Assembly (NCBI GenBank): GCA_963713045.1 | Contig: CAVQKE010000004.1 | Location: forward strand, 32,001 to 96,000 | Source of the DNA: an uncultured delta proteobacterium | GTDB taxonomy: Bacteria; Myxococcota; Myxococcia; Myxococcales; Myxococcaceae | DNA: 64,000 nt | Direction: 5' to 3' | Shown: positions 43,507-53,784 of the stretch, piece after piece | Numbering within the stretch: position 1 is the stretch's first letter | How the letters are laid out: every line of letters begins with the position of its first letter | Notes under the pieces: model-generated | What the model was told of the DNA's origin: nothing | Database searches by the model: none | The model's input: only the letters and a program-made list of their open reading frames with translations | Translations under genes and position numbers: made by a program

Positions 43507-43731
43507 TCAACCTCCGGCGCGGAACATGATGAACATCGCCACCACGAAGCCGAGAATCGACATCGTCTCGGGAATGGCCAGCATGACGATGACGGTGGTA
43601 CTCAGCTCCGGCTTTTCGGCCAAGCTGGCCGCCGCCGCAGGTCCAATCCGCGACTGTGCCCACGCCGTGGCGAGCGTCGGGATGCCGATGGCGAGAGCCG
43701 CGCTCAGGGTGACCCAAAAGAGCTGCATCAT
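43507..43731 (-). CDS. V/A-type ATP synthase proteolipid subunit K/c (single hairpin)
   Basis: AWAQSRIGPAAAASLAEKPE...AIPET; two TMs; GGAGG SD. Confidence 0.92.
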   Translation of the reverse strand: MMQLFWVTLSAALAIGIPTLATAWAQSRIGPAAAASLAEKPELSTTVIVMLAIPETMSILGFVVAMFIMFRAGG

Positions 43732-45596
43732 GTTGTCCTCCAATGGCAGAACGGCTGGTACCGGACGCCGCCCGGGCTATAGAAGTGGCTAAAGAATTCC
43801 ACGTAGTGCAGACGGAGCCCTTGGATGGTGGGGCTGAAGAGGGCGAGGGCGAAGTTCACCAAGTGGAAGAGCAGCCCGAAGACCAGCCCCACCACGACGC
43901 TCCCGAAAGCGCCCGCCATGCGGTTGGCGACGACCGCCAGCATCACCGAGGCCGTCCCGAGCGCCATGATGCGCGCGTAGGACAGAATGTTTCCGGCCGT
44001 GGAAAGAAGCTCCACTGGGGCGATGATTCCCTCGGCGACGATGAGGAGAGGGAAGGCGACGAGGATCGCCACCACAAATGGGGTTAGGAGGGCGTGAGGA
44101 AGGACGCGGAACGCTGCGAGGAGTGCTCCCGCGATGAGGAGCATCATCAGCCCGGAAAGGCCGCGTCCGACGGCCTGGCGTCGGTGTCCGTGGATGGCGC
44201 TGGCCACGCCCAAGGCAAGGCCGAGCACGACGTGCACCAGGCCGAGCGCAACGCAAAGTCCGAGAAAGGAGAGGATGTCCCTTGGCTGCTCTCGGTCAAG
44301 GATGAGCGGCCGCATTCCGAACCAGCGCCGCCCCAAATCCCCGAAGCATTCGCCAAACAGAACGCCGAAAATTACGGTGAAGAGGGCGCAACCAAGGGCA
44401 ATCTCGGAAACCGCTCGGAGCGTCGTCCCTGGCTTGGAGCGTCGGCGAAACAGGAGCCCAAGCCCGCCGAGGACGACGCCGTAGCCCACGTCGCCGACCA
44501 TGAGGCCAAAAAACATGGGGAAGAAGATGGCGACAAAGGGCGTGGGGTCAATGCTCCCATACCGAGGAAGGGGCAGCATTCCCACCAGCAGCTGAAAGGG
44601 ACGGAAGAGTCGCGGGTTGTGCAGCACGACGGGTGCCTCTGCTGACCAGTGCTCTTCGGCGAGTTCTTCGACCGAAACCAGTGGGCCGACCGTCTCGGCG
44701 AGGCATGTCTTGAGCCGCGTCGCTCCGCTTGCGGGGATCCAGCCCTCGAGGACGAAGGCATGGCTTGTGGTGGCCGACAAGCGGAGTCCTTCGAGTTGGC
44801 TAAGGCGGTCGCGGATGCGGACCGCATCAGCGGCCAGCTGAGGCAGCTGGTCCGCAAGCCGGGCTTGGGCTCTGGCCACTTCCTCCAACTCGCTCGGAAT
44901 CCCTTGTAGACGCCGGACCATCAGAGGAAGTGCGTCGGCCAGCGCTTGGTCTTCGTAGCCACGGGGAAGAGGGACCTGCTCCACACCGCTCTCGCCGAGA
45001 ATCCGCTCCACGTGAGGTGCAATCCTCAACGGCACAAGCAGCAGGAGGACGAGTTCGCCACTGGCCAGAGGATGGGTGCGTAGTTCGTAGTCTTGACCCA
45101 GCGAGACGTCGAGCAAGGAGCGCAGGCGCGGGACGCTCCCGCTCTGTCCGGCGCGAAGCACCACCAGGTAGGCCCGAACCCCCTGCATCACCCCGGGCTG
45201 AAAGAGTTTTCCAAAGACCTCCATGACGTCCTGGTATTTGCTCAAGAGCGCGCGTTCTTCCTCGAGTGCCCGGCGCCGGCTCTGCAAACGCTCTGTCTCG
45301 CGCCGGACGCGTCGTGCCAGCCGTGCCGAGTGGGCCCATGAGGTTGTGCTCGGTGCCACTTCAGGCTTCGCCTGCGCAAAGGCAAGAAGCGTTGTGACAG
45401 TCTCAACATCGTTGAGGATGTGGTGGAGCTGGCGTTCGAGGCGCACTTCCCGCGGCGCGAGCTGGCCTGAGGCGAGGTGGTGCTCCTTGCCCGGGGGGGC
45501 AAGGTGGACAAGACCTAGGTCCTGCAGCGCTTCGAGCGCCTTGGGTAGCGCCTCGCGGGGACCCAGGACACGCACCCGGCACATGCGGAGAATCAT
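43728..45596 (-). CDS. V/A-type ATP synthase subunit I (a)
   Basis: IDPTPF, FFGLMVGDVGYG, LSYARIMAL, LRLHYVEFFS. Confidence 0.95.
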   Translation of the reverse strand: MILRMCRVRVLGPREALPKALEALQDLGLVHLAPPGKEHHLASGQLAPREVRLERQLHHILNDVETVTTLLAFAQAKPEVAPSTTSWAHSARLARRVRRETERLQSRRRALEEERALLSKYQDVMEVFGKLFQPGVMQGVRAYLVVLRAGQSGSVPRLRSLLDVSLGQDYELRTHPLASGELVLLLLVPLRIAPHVERILGESGVEQVPLPRGYEDQALADALPLMVRRLQGIPSELEEVARAQARLADQLPQLAADAVRIRDRLSQLEGLRLSATTSHAFVLEGWIPASGATRLKTCLAETVGPLVSVEELAEEHWSAEAPVVLHNPRLFRPFQLLVGMLPLPRYGSIDPTPFVAIFFPMFFGLMVGDVGYGVVLGGLGLLFRRRSKPGTTLRAVSEIALGCALFTVIFGVLFGECFGDLGRRWFGMRPLILDREQPRDILSFLGLCVALGLVHVVLGLALGVASAIHGHRRQAVGRGLSGLMMLLIAGALLAAFRVLPHALLTPFVVAILVAFPLLIVAEGIIAPVELLSTAGNILSYARIMALGTASVMLAVVANRMAGAFGSVVVGLVFGLLFHLVNFALALFSPTIQGLRLHYVEFFSHFYSPGGVRYQPFCHWRTT

Positions 45597-45922
45597 GGCC
45601 GCTCCTCCGCCTCGTTCTCGAGGAGCGTCCGAAGGACAAAAAGTGCCAGCTCCTTGAGCCGGTCAGCGCTGACATCGGTGTACATCCCAACGCGCTCCTG
45701 AGCTTGGGCTGCGATGCGCTGCAGCTCGACCTCAACCGCGGCCGCCGTCTCCGCTTCAGCGCGGGCGCGCCCGGCTCGCGTGTCCCCTTCCACGCGACGG
45801 GCGACAGCCAGAGCGTCGGCCCGGGCGACCTCGAGCAGTCGAGTCGCAGCGGCCGTCGCCTCATCCAGGCGTGCGGCAATGCGTCGCTCTGCCTCGAGCA
45901 GCTGATCCAGGTCGTCCTTCAC
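45593..45922 (-). CDS. V/A-type ATP synthase subunit G/H (peripheral stalk)
   Basis: Ala/Glu-rich coiled coil, first gene of the operon, ATGA overlap with subunit I. Confidence 0.72.
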   Translation of the reverse strand: MKDDLDQLLEAERRIAARLDEATAAATRLLEVARADALAVARRVEGDTRAGRARAEAETAAAVEVELQRIAAQAQERVGMYTDVSADRLKELALFVLRTLLENEAEERP

Positions 45923-45958
45923 TTCAACCCAAGTGCACTAGAGTGGTGTCCGTCCTAC

Positions 45959-45974
45959 TGCAAGGAGCAGTCCC
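45959..45974 (-). promoter_or_regulatory. Putative sigma54 -24/-12 promoter of the V-ATPase operon
   Basis: GGGACTGCTCCTTGCA = GG-N8-TTGCA. Confidence 0.45.
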
Positions 45975-46111
45975 TTCTGTGACGCATCGCCATCGCGGTT
46001 CCCCGGCCGCTTCCCCTCGGCAATGCCTCGTGATTCGGACTGAAGTCCCGTCTGTCCGAGACCGCATCCGAGAAACTCCATGGACAAAGCTGCGGCTTCC
46101 CGGAGCCAGAG

Positions 46112-46124
46112 CGCAGAGTTTGCG
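46112..46124. promoter_or_regulatory. Dyad CGCA-N5-TGCG, candidate enhancer upstream of the V-ATPase
   Basis: CGCAGAGTTTGCG; weaker copy GGACAAAGCTGCG at 46082-46094. Confidence 0.4.
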
Positions 46125-46246
46125 TTTGCTCCAGCCGTGGTGCTGAGGCGAATTGGATGCCTCGGCGGCGGGGGAGCAGCACCGGTGGCACGCAGGCCAG
46201 GTCCGTCGGCGGCTAGCCCGTCAGGCCGTCCGCGGCTACCTCTTCG

Positions 46247-46834
46247 TCAGGGCGGGGCAGCCTGAGCAACCCGCTGGGCCACGCTTGGGTCTGCCTTGCG
46301 AACTGCGCCAAGGGCAAAATCCGAGGCGAACGCCTCAACGGCCGCCCAGTCCGTGTATTCGTAGTCGCGAGAGGTGTCGGTGTCCCCGCCCTCTTTCGAG
46401 GCGATGCGACGCATCACGAAACGAATCAAGGGATTGTATTTGGAGTATTGGAGCGCGCCGGCAAACAGTTCCACCCGCTCGGGCCGCCACCCGGTGTTCC
46501 GAATGAACTTGTCAACGACCTCGCGGGTCTGAGCGCGGCCGTCGCTGGTCTTGCTTGCGAGCGCAAGTCCCACCGAGAAAAAGGCTGAGGGAACCTGCTC
46601 GAGGGCCTGACGATGCTGGCGGACGAAGCGCACCATCGACCTTAGGTATCCCTGAGCTCGAACCGGCGAACCGACGATGATGCGGTCAAACTGGTTTGTG
46701 TCGTACACGGGTGGTTGGTCCGCGTCGACCAACGCGACAGCTGAACCCCGGGAACGGATGACATCGGCGATGCGTCGCGCAATCTTCTCCGTCTGACCTT
46801 CTCGCGTCGCGTACACAATCAATACATTCGGCAT
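46247..46834 (-). CDS. hemG: Menaquinone-dependent protoporphyrinogen IX dehydrogenase (flavodoxin fold)
   Basis: LIVYATREGQTEKIA, SAFFSVGL, FAGALQYSKYN, DTSRDYEYTDW. Confidence 0.88.
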   Translation of the reverse strand: MPNVLIVYATREGQTEKIARRIADVIRSRGSAVALVDADQPPVYDTNQFDRIIVGSPVRAQGYLRSMVRFVRQHRQALEQVPSAFFSVGLALASKTSDGRAQTREVVDKFIRNTGWRPERVELFAGALQYSKYNPLIRFVMRRIASKEGGDTDTSRDYEYTDWAAVEAFASDFALGAVRKADPSVAQRVAQAAPP

Positions 46835-46865
46835 GGAACCGCCTTGAAAGGCCAAAATTACAATC

Positions 46866-46881
46866 TGCAACTTTCGATCCC
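46866..46881 (-). promoter_or_regulatory. Putative sigma54 -24/-12 promoter of hemG
   Basis: GGGATCGAAAGTTGCA = GG-N8-TTGCA. Confidence 0.45.
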
Positions 46882-46978
46882 AAAGGCAGCGGAAGCCGAG
46901 GTGAAAGGTAAACTCTCGGACTGCCAAGGCTGGGCCGTCGAGCGCGACACAGTATTTCTCGTGTAGGGCTCGCAACTC

Positions 46979-46991
46979 CGCAACGATTGCG
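46979..46991. promoter_or_regulatory. Dyad CGCA-N5-TGCG, candidate enhancer upstream of hemG
   Basis: CGCAACGATTGCG about 100 bp upstream of the -24 element. Confidence 0.4.
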
Positions 46992-47198
46992 CTCCCGCCA
47001 CAGTCTTGGGCTAGCGCCTGCGAGGTGTGAAAGTCCACCTCGGGGCGAAGCCTCTAAAGGGCCCCCAAAGCGCCCCAAACGGCAGCCTCAGGTGCCCTTG
47101 GCCGCCTGTGGCGATGGCATTTTTTGTAACACGCGGCCCGAGAGGGCGGGATGACCGCGAAGGCGCTCCTTCGAAATAACCAACAAGCTGCGCCTGCG

Positions 47199-49343
47199 CT
47201 AGGCGAGCTTGAGAGGGAGCGAGCGAAGGCGCTGGCCAGTCAGCGCGAAGACGGCATTCGCCACCGCTGCGTTGATGGGGGCCGTCGCCGGCTCGCCGAT
47301 GCCGCCCATTTTGCCCTTGCTTGGAACGATGTGGACTTCCACCTTGGGCATCTCGTTCAGGCGTAGAACGACGTAGTCGTTGAAGTTGCTCTCCTGGACT
47401 CTCCCTTCTTTGAGCGTCAAAGCGCTGTGCAGTGTTGGGCTGAGGCCATAGGCCACGCTTCCTTGCACCTGCGCCTCCAAGGAAAGCGGGTTGACCGCCA
47501 GGCCGCAATCCACCGCACACACCACCTTGGTGACGCGAATGTTCTTGGACTTATCGACCGAGACCTCGGCCACTTGGGCGACGATGCTGCCGAAGGAGGC
47601 ATGCAAGGCGAGCCCGCGGGCCGTTCCTGCGGGGGGCGGCGTACCCCAACCTGCCTTTTGTGCGGCCAGCTTCAGGACTGCCAGCTGGCGTGGCTGTCCC
47701 TTCAGCATCTCCAAACGGTAAGCGAGCGGGTCCATCTGCGCCTGGTGCGCCAGCTCATCCAGCGTGCATTCCATGGCGAATGCGGTGTGGGTATTGCCCA
47801 CCGACCGCCACCACAAGACGGGGACGGCGTTTCGGGGCGAGTGCAGGGTGATGAGCTTGGCCCGGACGGCTTCAAGGTAGGGCGAGTCCACTACGCCTTC
47901 CACCGAAGACTCGTCGATGCCGTTCTTGACCATGGCCTCGAAGGGCGTTCCCGCCAGAAGCGACTGCCCAACCACGGTGTGTTTCCAGGCGACGGGAAAG
48001 CCCTGGCCATTGACCCCCACCTGGACGCGGTGGAGGAAGAGCGGCCGGTAGTAGCCGCCGTGCATGTCGTCCTCCCGCGTCCAGAGGACCTTCACCGGGA
48101 CGCCGCTGGCCTTGGCGACGTGCACCGCCTCGGAAACGAAGTCTGAAGTGGGATTGGCGCGGCGCCCGAAACCCCCGCCCAAGAAGGTGGTGTGGATGTA
48201 CACCTTGTCCGTCGAGAGCCCGCTGATTTTCGCCGCCACCGCCTGGTCGTTGGTCTGGAACTGCGTGCCCACCCAGACGTCGCAACGTTCTTTCTCCAAG
48301 CGGACGGTGCAATTGAGAGGCTCCATGGCTGCGTGCGCCAGGTACGGGACGTCGTATTCGGCGAGCAGCTGGCGGGAGGCGGAAGCGAGCGAAGCCTCGC
48401 AGTCCCCCTTCTTGAGGACCAGTACGCCCGGCTTCTGAGCCATCACCCGGTAGCTGGCAAGCAGCTGCGTCGTGTCCACCTCTTGGCCCGGCCCCAAATC
48501 CCACTGCACGTCCAATTCGTCCCGGCCAGAGCGGGCCGCCCAGAAGTTGCTGGCCACCACCGCCACGCCGGACGGCACCTGAACCACCATTTCCACCCCG
48601 GGCACGGCCTTGGCCTTGGTGGCGTCAAACGACTTGACCTTCGCGCCAAAAACGGGCCCCCGCAGCACCACCGCCGTCCGAAGCCCGGGAAACTGGATGT
48701 CGATTCCGAACTGAGCCTTCCCCGAGATTTTCTGCGGCGTGTCCAGCCTGGGCGTCGGCTTGCCAATCAGCTTCCACTGACTGGACGGCTTGAGCGTGAC
48801 GGCCGTCGGCGGCGTCAGCGCCTGCGCGGCTTCGGCCAACTCTCCGAAGGAGAGCCGTTCCGTCCCTTTCACTACGAAACCGTTGTCCACGCTCAGCTGT
48901 TTCGGGTTGACCTTCCAGCGCGCTGCGGCGGCACGGACCAGCATTTCCCGCGCCATAGCTCCGACGGTGCGGTAACGGTCGAATTCGGACCACGTGCTGC
49001 TGGAGCCGCCCGTCATCTGCATGCCAAAGCCGGTGTGGAAATAGGCCGGGGCCGCGGGCGCAGTCTCCACGCGGATTTTGGCCCAGTCGCATTCCAGCTC
49101 TTCGGCCAGAAGCATCGGCAGCGTCGTCCAAATGCTTTGCCCCATCTCCGAATGGGACAGCTGCACCGTCACCAAGCCGTCCGGGGCGATTTTTAAGAAG
49201 GCATTGGGCGCCGGCAACGGGTGCTTAGGTCCGGCGGCGAGCAGGAGGGCCTCAGCCTTGCGCGGAATGTGAAAGGCGATGACCAGTGAGGCGCCAGAGA
49301 GAACCGAGGAGCTGAGGAAGGTGCGTCGAGAAATGGCATTCAT
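47199..49343 (-). CDS. Xanthine dehydrogenase family molybdopterin-binding subunit (IorB-like), Tat-exported
   Basis: SRRTFL Tat motif, [35 protein letters not shown]. Confidence 0.92.
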   Translation of the reverse strand: MNAISRRTFLSSSVLSGASLVIAFHIPRKAEALLLAAGPKHPLPAPNAFLKIAPDGLVTVQLSHSEMGQSIWTTLPMLLAEELECDWAKIRVETAPAAPAYFHTGFGMQMTGGSSSTWSEFDRYRTVGAMAREMLVRAAAARWKVNPKQLSVDNGFVVKGTERLSFGELAEAAQALTPPTAVTLKPSSQWKLIGKPTPRLDTPQKISGKAQFGIDIQFPGLRTAVVLRGPVFGAKVKSFDATKAKAVPGVEMVVQVPSGVAVVASNFWAARSGRDELDVQWDLGPGQEVDTTQLLASYRVMAQKPGVLVLKKGDCEASLASASRQLLAEYDVPYLAHAAMEPLNCTVRLEKERCDVWVGTQFQTNDQAVAAKISGLSTDKVYIHTTFLGGGFGRRANPTSDFVSEAVHVAKASGVPVKVLWTREDDMHGGYYRPLFLHRVQVGVNGQGFPVAWKHTVVGQSLLAGTPFEAMVKNGIDESSVEGVVDSPYLEAVRAKLITLHSPRNAVPVLWWRSVGNTHTAFAMECTLDELAHQAQMDPLAYRLEMLKGQPRQLAVLKLAAQKAGWGTPPPAGTARGLALHASFGSIVAQVAEVSVDKSKNIRVTKVVCAVDCGLAVNPLSLEAQVQGSVAYGLSPTLHSALTLKEGRVQESNFNDYVVLRLNEMPKVEVHIVPSKGKMGGIGEPATAPINAAVANAVFALTGQRLRSLPLKLA

Positions 49344-49798
49344 CGCGAGGCCCTCGATGCCGCAGCGCGGTGGACTGCCTCGCGGATGCGCTGGTAGGCC
49401 CCGCACCGACACAGGTTACCGGCCATGGCCTCGTCGATGTCGGCGTCGGTGGGACTCGGCTTCTGGGCCAGCAGCGCCGCTGCGGCCATGATTTGGCCGG
49501 ACTGGCAATACCCGCACTGGACGACGTCCAATTCGGCCCACGCGCGCTGCACGGGGTGGGTCGCGTCGGCCGAGAGGCCTTCGATGGTTGTCACCTTCCG
49601 CGTCCCCACCGCAGCCGCGGGCGTGACGCAGGACCGCACCGCTTTGCCGTCGAGGAGCACCGTACACGCGCCGCATTGGGAGACGCCACAGCCAAACTTG
49701 GTGCCGGTGAAGCCCAGCAAATCCCGGAGGACCCAGAGGAGCGGCATGTCGTCCGGAGGAGAAACTTCAACTTCCTTCTCGTTCACGACGAGCTTCAT
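49340..49798 (-). CDS. (2Fe-2S)-binding subunit (IorA-like)
   Basis: [30 protein letters not shown]. Confidence 0.95.
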   Translation of the reverse strand: MKLVVNEKEVEVSPPDDMPLLWVLRDLLGFTGTKFGCGVSQCGACTVLLDGKAVRSCVTPAAAVGTRKVTTIEGLSADATHPVQRAWAELDVVQCGYCQSGQIMAAAALLAQKPSPTDADIDEAMAGNLCRCGAYQRIREAVHRAAASRASR

Positions 49799-49936
49799 CC
49801 GAGACCCCCTGCGTGGCCTGATTCGCGCATACCCTAAGGGCTTCCCCCGCCTGGCGCCACAGTCTGTTACGGCTGGTCGTTCGGACTAACTACGCGGCGC
49901 AAATTGTCAACATCCGTCGGTTTGGGACGCACGGCG

Positions 49937-50117
49937 CCCATGACTCAATGCCTCGCCGCCGGTCTGGTCGACAAGATGGTTATCAGCCTGGTTCCGAGTC
50001 TGCTCAAAAGTGGTGAGCCTCTGTTCGAGTGGCCTTGGAGAGGACATGCACGGGCTCAGGCTCGTGCAGACGGTAGCTGCCCGAGGCGTCACCCACCTGA
50101 AGTTTATACGGCACTGA
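49937..50117 (+). pseudogene. 5'-truncated, frameshifted remnant of a dihydrofolate reductase/RibD C-terminal family gene
   Basis: QCLAAGLVDKMVISLVPSLLKSGEPLF, then in another frame GEDMHGLRLVQTVAARGVTHLKFIRH*. Confidence 0.65.
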
Positions 50118-50137
50118 CAGAGCGGCGCGCTCGGCAG

Positions 50138-50494
50138 CTACTTCTTGGCCTCGGCGATGCGCGCCCGGAGGAGCTTCCGAACGAGAGAGGCCGGCAGAGG
50201 CTTTCTTGGGTCGAAGTGGAGGGAGCCCTTCGTTTGGTGGTAGCCACGAACGTCGGTAGCCAGCGTCGTGAGTGTTCTTCCGCTGAAGGGGAAATAGGAG
50301 CACCCCTTCGTCGTCGCGAGGAATCCCGCAACGACGGCGCCGTTGAGGCGAAAGGCCGGCATGCGGTAGCTGATGCACTCCTCTGCCTCCGGGACGATGG
50401 ACAGGATGGTTTTGCGGAGCCGTTCGAGCGCAAGCCGTCGGTCGCCGGTCACGCTCGCGAGGTACTCGCCGATGCTGTCGAACTTTGGGAGCAT
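50138..50494 (-). CDS. DUF1801 (YdhG-like) protein
   Basis: LERLRKTILSIVPEAEECISYRMPAF, KGSLHF. Confidence 0.85.
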   Translation of the reverse strand: MLPKFDSIGEYLASVTGDRRLALERLRKTILSIVPEAEECISYRMPAFRLNGAVVAGFLATTKGCSYFPFSGRTLTTLATDVRGYHQTKGSLHFDPRKPLPASLVRKLLRARIAEAKK

Positions 50495-50521
50495 CCGGGC
50501 ATACGAGAAAGCGGAATCGAG

Positions 50522-50595
50522 TGGCTAGGGTGAGACTCGAACTCACTACCTGCGGATTATGAGACCGCCGCTCTAACCAGTTGAGCTACCTAGCC
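50522..50595 (-). tRNA. tRNA-Met (CAT), elongator type
   Basis: GGCTAGGTAGCTCAACTGGTTAGAGC-GGCGGT-CTCATAA-TCCGC...GTTCGAGTC...CCTAGCCA; G1-C72 paired, so not initiator; CCA not encoded; TAGACG-N17-TACAGT upstream. Confidence 0.93.
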
Positions 50596-50944
50596 GGTTG
50601 ACTCTAAGCAACTGTAACCACTACATTTCTCTGCGTCTAAAGGGGCGCTGAGGGTCCCCCGTGGGGACACGTAGGGGACGCTTCCGGACCTCCCGCCTGG
50701 AAGGTCTTGGGGTCTATCCGTCCTGGGAGTGGCTCATAAGCTTGTGCATGATGGCGGTCGATACCCCGGCTTCGGCCAGAAGTGAAGCGGGGAGCGGCGA
50801 AGGTCGTGGAAGAATTCGAGGCGGCGCTTGGCGCCCAAGCCGGCCTCACTCATCACGCGGCGAAGGCGGCGCTCGAGGTCGCAGTGTCCGCCATCCGCTC
50901 GTCGCCCTTACCCAGACAGACCCAAGCGGAGCCGCAACACCGTC

Positions 50945-51282
50945 TCACCAGAACGCAACTGCCACGGCGGCGAGAATCAGGCCGAAGGAAACGAGATAGC
51001 GGAGCTGAAACCCCTCGCCCAGCCAAAAGGCTGCGAAGGCCATAAAGACGACCAGCGTGATGGCGCCTCCTGCATCACTTTGAGTTGATAGGCCGTAGCT
51101 ACCCCGTACTTGACTCGGTTCGCCGGCACCTGAAGGCAGTACTCAAAGAAAGCAATTCCCCAGCTCGCCAGAATGGCGAGCCAGAGCGGGGAGCTGCTCT
51201 TGAACCGCAAGTGGCCGTACCAGGCCGCTGTCATGAAACAATTTGAGAGGAGGAGAAGAAGGCCGCCTTGAGTCGAGCATCC
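50945..51282 (-). pseudogene. DMT family (DUF486-like) small membrane protein, frameshifted near 51063
   Basis: SNCFMTAAWYGHL...WGIAFFEYCLQVPANR...QLKVMQEA, then a 2-nt shift to ITLVVFMAFAAFWLGE...VAFW*; start unclear. Confidence 0.75.
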
Positions 51283-51629
51283 ATGGGTCGAGTCTAGCGA
51301 ACAGGAGAAACGAGAGGCGTTTCGCGGCTTGGCCATGGCTCACTGTTCTTGCAGACGCCCGGAGCTTTTCGGCCCGGGCTGCCTCTTCCGCCCGGTAGCG
51401 CGCCTTTTGTCGTAAATGTCGCTCTCGCCGGCGGGCCTCTTCCTCGGCCTCCCGTCGTTCGCAGTCAAGCTGCCACTGTGGCTTCCTGGGGAAGCGATGG
51501 CGGCGGGTCCCCCTCAGTCGCTGGGCGGGAGTCGGCCGTGACTCGGAGCGGCGGCTCGCGGTCGGCCAGGTCTCGACGTGGCCACGGGAGCCTCCCACCA
51601 GCCTCCTTGGGTGGATTCGTACCGACTCG

Positions 51630-51956
51630 CTATGCCTGCTCCGTCTTGCGGCGCTCCTGAACCGAGTAATGGGCGGAGCGCTCCTCGAAGCGGGATAGAA
51701 GCGCTCTCGCAGCTGCCGGTACCACTGCAGCTTCTAAGTCTTTACCTGCGAATTCTCGAACAGCGTCAAGAGAGGCGAACCACATGATGGTGACAAACTC
51801 TACCTCGGTGTTTCCTTCCCGTCGGAGAAGGTCGATCCCCTGAAATCCAGGAATGCGACGATTGGCAATCGCTTCGAAGATTTCTGAGCGAAGGAGCGCC
51901 TCATAGGCGTTGGCGTTCTTAGCCGTCGTCCAGCCGTGCCAGATGCGACAGATCAT
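51630..51956 (-). CDS. Antibiotic biosynthesis monooxygenase-like (dimeric alpha-beta barrel) protein
   Basis: MICRIWHGWTT...EFVTIMWFASLDAVREFAG...AVVP. Confidence 0.8.
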   Translation of the reverse strand: MICRIWHGWTTAKNANAYEALLRSEIFEAIANRRIPGFQGIDLLRREGNTEVEFVTIMWFASLDAVREFAGKDLEAAVVPAAARALLSRFEERSAHYSVQERRKTEQA

Positions 51957-52105
51957 TCAACAGGCCCCCGGAAAGAGGCGGATTTATACCTCGAGCTGTC
52001 GACCGCCAGTAGCCGGCCCTACCTCAAACAGTCGTCGAGGCTGGGCCCGGACGGCCGTCTGAAGGTCGCCGCGGAGACGGCATGCAAGCGTGGTGTCCGA
52101 ACCTG

Positions 52106-52873
52106 TCACTGGACTGGCAACGGCGGCCCAAGTCTGAGACCGGGCGACACTGCAGCCGTAGTTGCCGCTGGCCGCTTCCCGCGAAGCGACAGACCGCGCT
52201 GAGCGGAGAGCCAGTCGAGCCAGGCCCCCATCCCCTCGCCAGTCAACGCAGAAACCGGGAGCAGCCGCACGGAGGGCATGACGCGGGACAGCGCATCGGC
52301 GATGCGCTCCAGTTTGATGTCGGGAAGGTGTGGGAGCAGGTCGACCTTGGTCACCAAGACGAGGTCCGCCTTGCGAAACATCACCGGATACTTGAGCGGC
52401 TTGTCCTCTCCTTCGGTGACGCTGAGAGCAACGACGTTGGCCGCTTGGCCAAGGTCATAGATGGCCGGACACACGAGGTTCCCCACGTTCTCGATGACGA
52501 GAAGGTCGAGGTCCGTCCAGGGGAAGTCGTGCAGCGCTCGGTGCACCAGCTCTGCGTCGAGGTGGCAAGCCGACCCAGTCGTGATTTCGCGCGCCGGAAT
52601 CCCCGCCGCGCGGAGCCGGGCGGCGTCGCGGTCCGTCGCCAGGTCCCCGCTCAAGGCACCGAGACGGATGCGGCCCTTGGACAACCGCGCTGTCGCCTCA
52701 AGCAAGGCCGTCTTGCCAGAGCCCGGCGAACCCATCAGGTTCACCGCCAGCACCCCCAGCCTCTCAAAGTGTTCCCGGGTGTGACGTGCCAGCGCGTCAT
52801 TCGCGGTCAGGATGCGGTCATGCACTTCCACAGGCACCAGCGACTCGTCCCCACATCCGCATGATTCGCACAT
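52106..52873 (-). CDS. hypB: Hydrogenase nickel incorporation GTPase HypB
   Basis: MCESCGC, GSPGSGKT, CHLDA, ENVGNLVCP, EGEDKPLKYP. Confidence 0.96.
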   Translation of the reverse strand: MCESCGCGDESLVPVEVHDRILTANDALARHTREHFERLGVLAVNLMGSPGSGKTALLEATARLSKGRIRLGALSGDLATDRDAARLRAAGIPAREITTGSACHLDAELVHRALHDFPWTDLDLLVIENVGNLVCPAIYDLGQAANVVALSVTEGEDKPLKYPVMFRKADLVLVTKVDLLPHLPDIKLERIADALSRVMPSVRLLPVSALTGEGMGAWLDWLSAQRGLSLRGKRPAATTAAVSPGLRLGPPLPVQ

Positions 52874-52886
52874 TGGTCGTTCTCCG

Positions 52887-53294
52887 TTAGGGTCCTAGCT
52901 TGCTCACCGAGACGAGGTAGGCCACCAAGTCCCAGCTCTCCGCCTCCGAAAGCGCACTCCACGAGGGCATCGGCGTCCCGGGGACGCCCTCGCGAATGGC
53001 GCGGTAGGCCCGTGCCGGTGCGTCATCGCCGCTCCATTGTGGACTGGTAAAGTCCGCCGGCTGGCGGTCCAGTCCGAGGCTACGCACGCCACGTCCATCG
53101 GCGTGCTCTCCGTGACAGAGCACGCAGTACCGGAGAAACAGCTGCCGTCCGCGCTGGCGTGCATCGGCAGAGCGAACTTGGCTCCAAGGCACGGCCACAC
53201 TGGCCGGCGAAGACTCACCGCACCTCATAGTGCAGGCCGAAGAGGCCAAGAGCATCATCACCCACCAGGCCAGGTGTCTTGGATGTCTCATCAC
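52887..53294 (-). CDS. Monoheme c-type cytochrome, membrane-anchored or lipoprotein
   Basis: CVLCHG heme motif, GVPGTPMPSW distal Met, N-terminal hydrophobic segment. Confidence 0.85.
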   Translation of the reverse strand: MMRHPRHLAWWVMMLLASSACTMRCGESSPASVAVPWSQVRSADARQRGRQLFLRYCVLCHGEHADGRGVRSLGLDRQPADFTSPQWSGDDAPARAYRAIREGVPGTPMPSWSALSEAESWDLVAYLVSVSKLGP

Positions 53295-53784
53295 ACTGCC
53301 TCGCTACGAATGGGTAACCCAGGGCCGCGCACTCCGCCAGGACACGGTCGACCAGCCCAGGAATTGCCCGTTCCACGGATGGCGTCCGCTCGACACCCAA
53401 CCCCATCGCTTCGGGAACGAGGCCCAGCAGGAGTAGGTGGCTCGGAAGCGACCCCTGCCAACGGGCCGCACCAATGAGGTCGCTCACGCCCACCTGGTGG
53501 ACAGAGAGTCGGTGTTCCGCAGCGTGTGCCACCTCATCGCCCTCGAGCCGCACGAATGAGCCGGGGGGCCCATCTGAGCGAATGGCATCGATGATGAGCA
53601 CCGTGTCGGCCGATTCCAGCGTTGGAAGCAGCGAAAGGCCGAGCGTCCCGCCGTCGAGGACCCGCACCCCTTCTGGGGGCTCATACTGTCGGAGGAGGCT
53701 GGCGACGGCAGCAACTCCCACGCCATCATCTTGGCAAAGGAGATTGCCTAGGCCGAGCACAAGCAGACGGTCACGCTCGAACAT
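53215..53784 (-). CDS. hyaD: Hydrogenase maturation endopeptidase (HyaD/HybD family)
   Basis: LVLGLGNLLCQDDGVG, LDGGT, IDAI, SVHQ. Confidence 0.93.
   Translation of the reverse strand: MFERDRLLVLGLGNLLCQDDGVGVAAVASLLRQYEPPEGVRVLDGGTLGLSLLPTLESADTVLIIDAIRSDGPPGSFVRLEGDEVAHAAEHRLSVHQVGVSDLIGAARWQGSLPSHLLLLGLVPEAMGLGVERTPSVERAIPGLVDRVLAECAALGYPFVARQCDETSKTPGLVGDDALGLFGLHYEVR

Noticed and set aside
50782..51598. Short ORFs MKRGAAKVVEEFEAAL... and ...ERREAEEEARRRERH...
   Set aside because: Possibly gene debris, but no recognisable family or clear start
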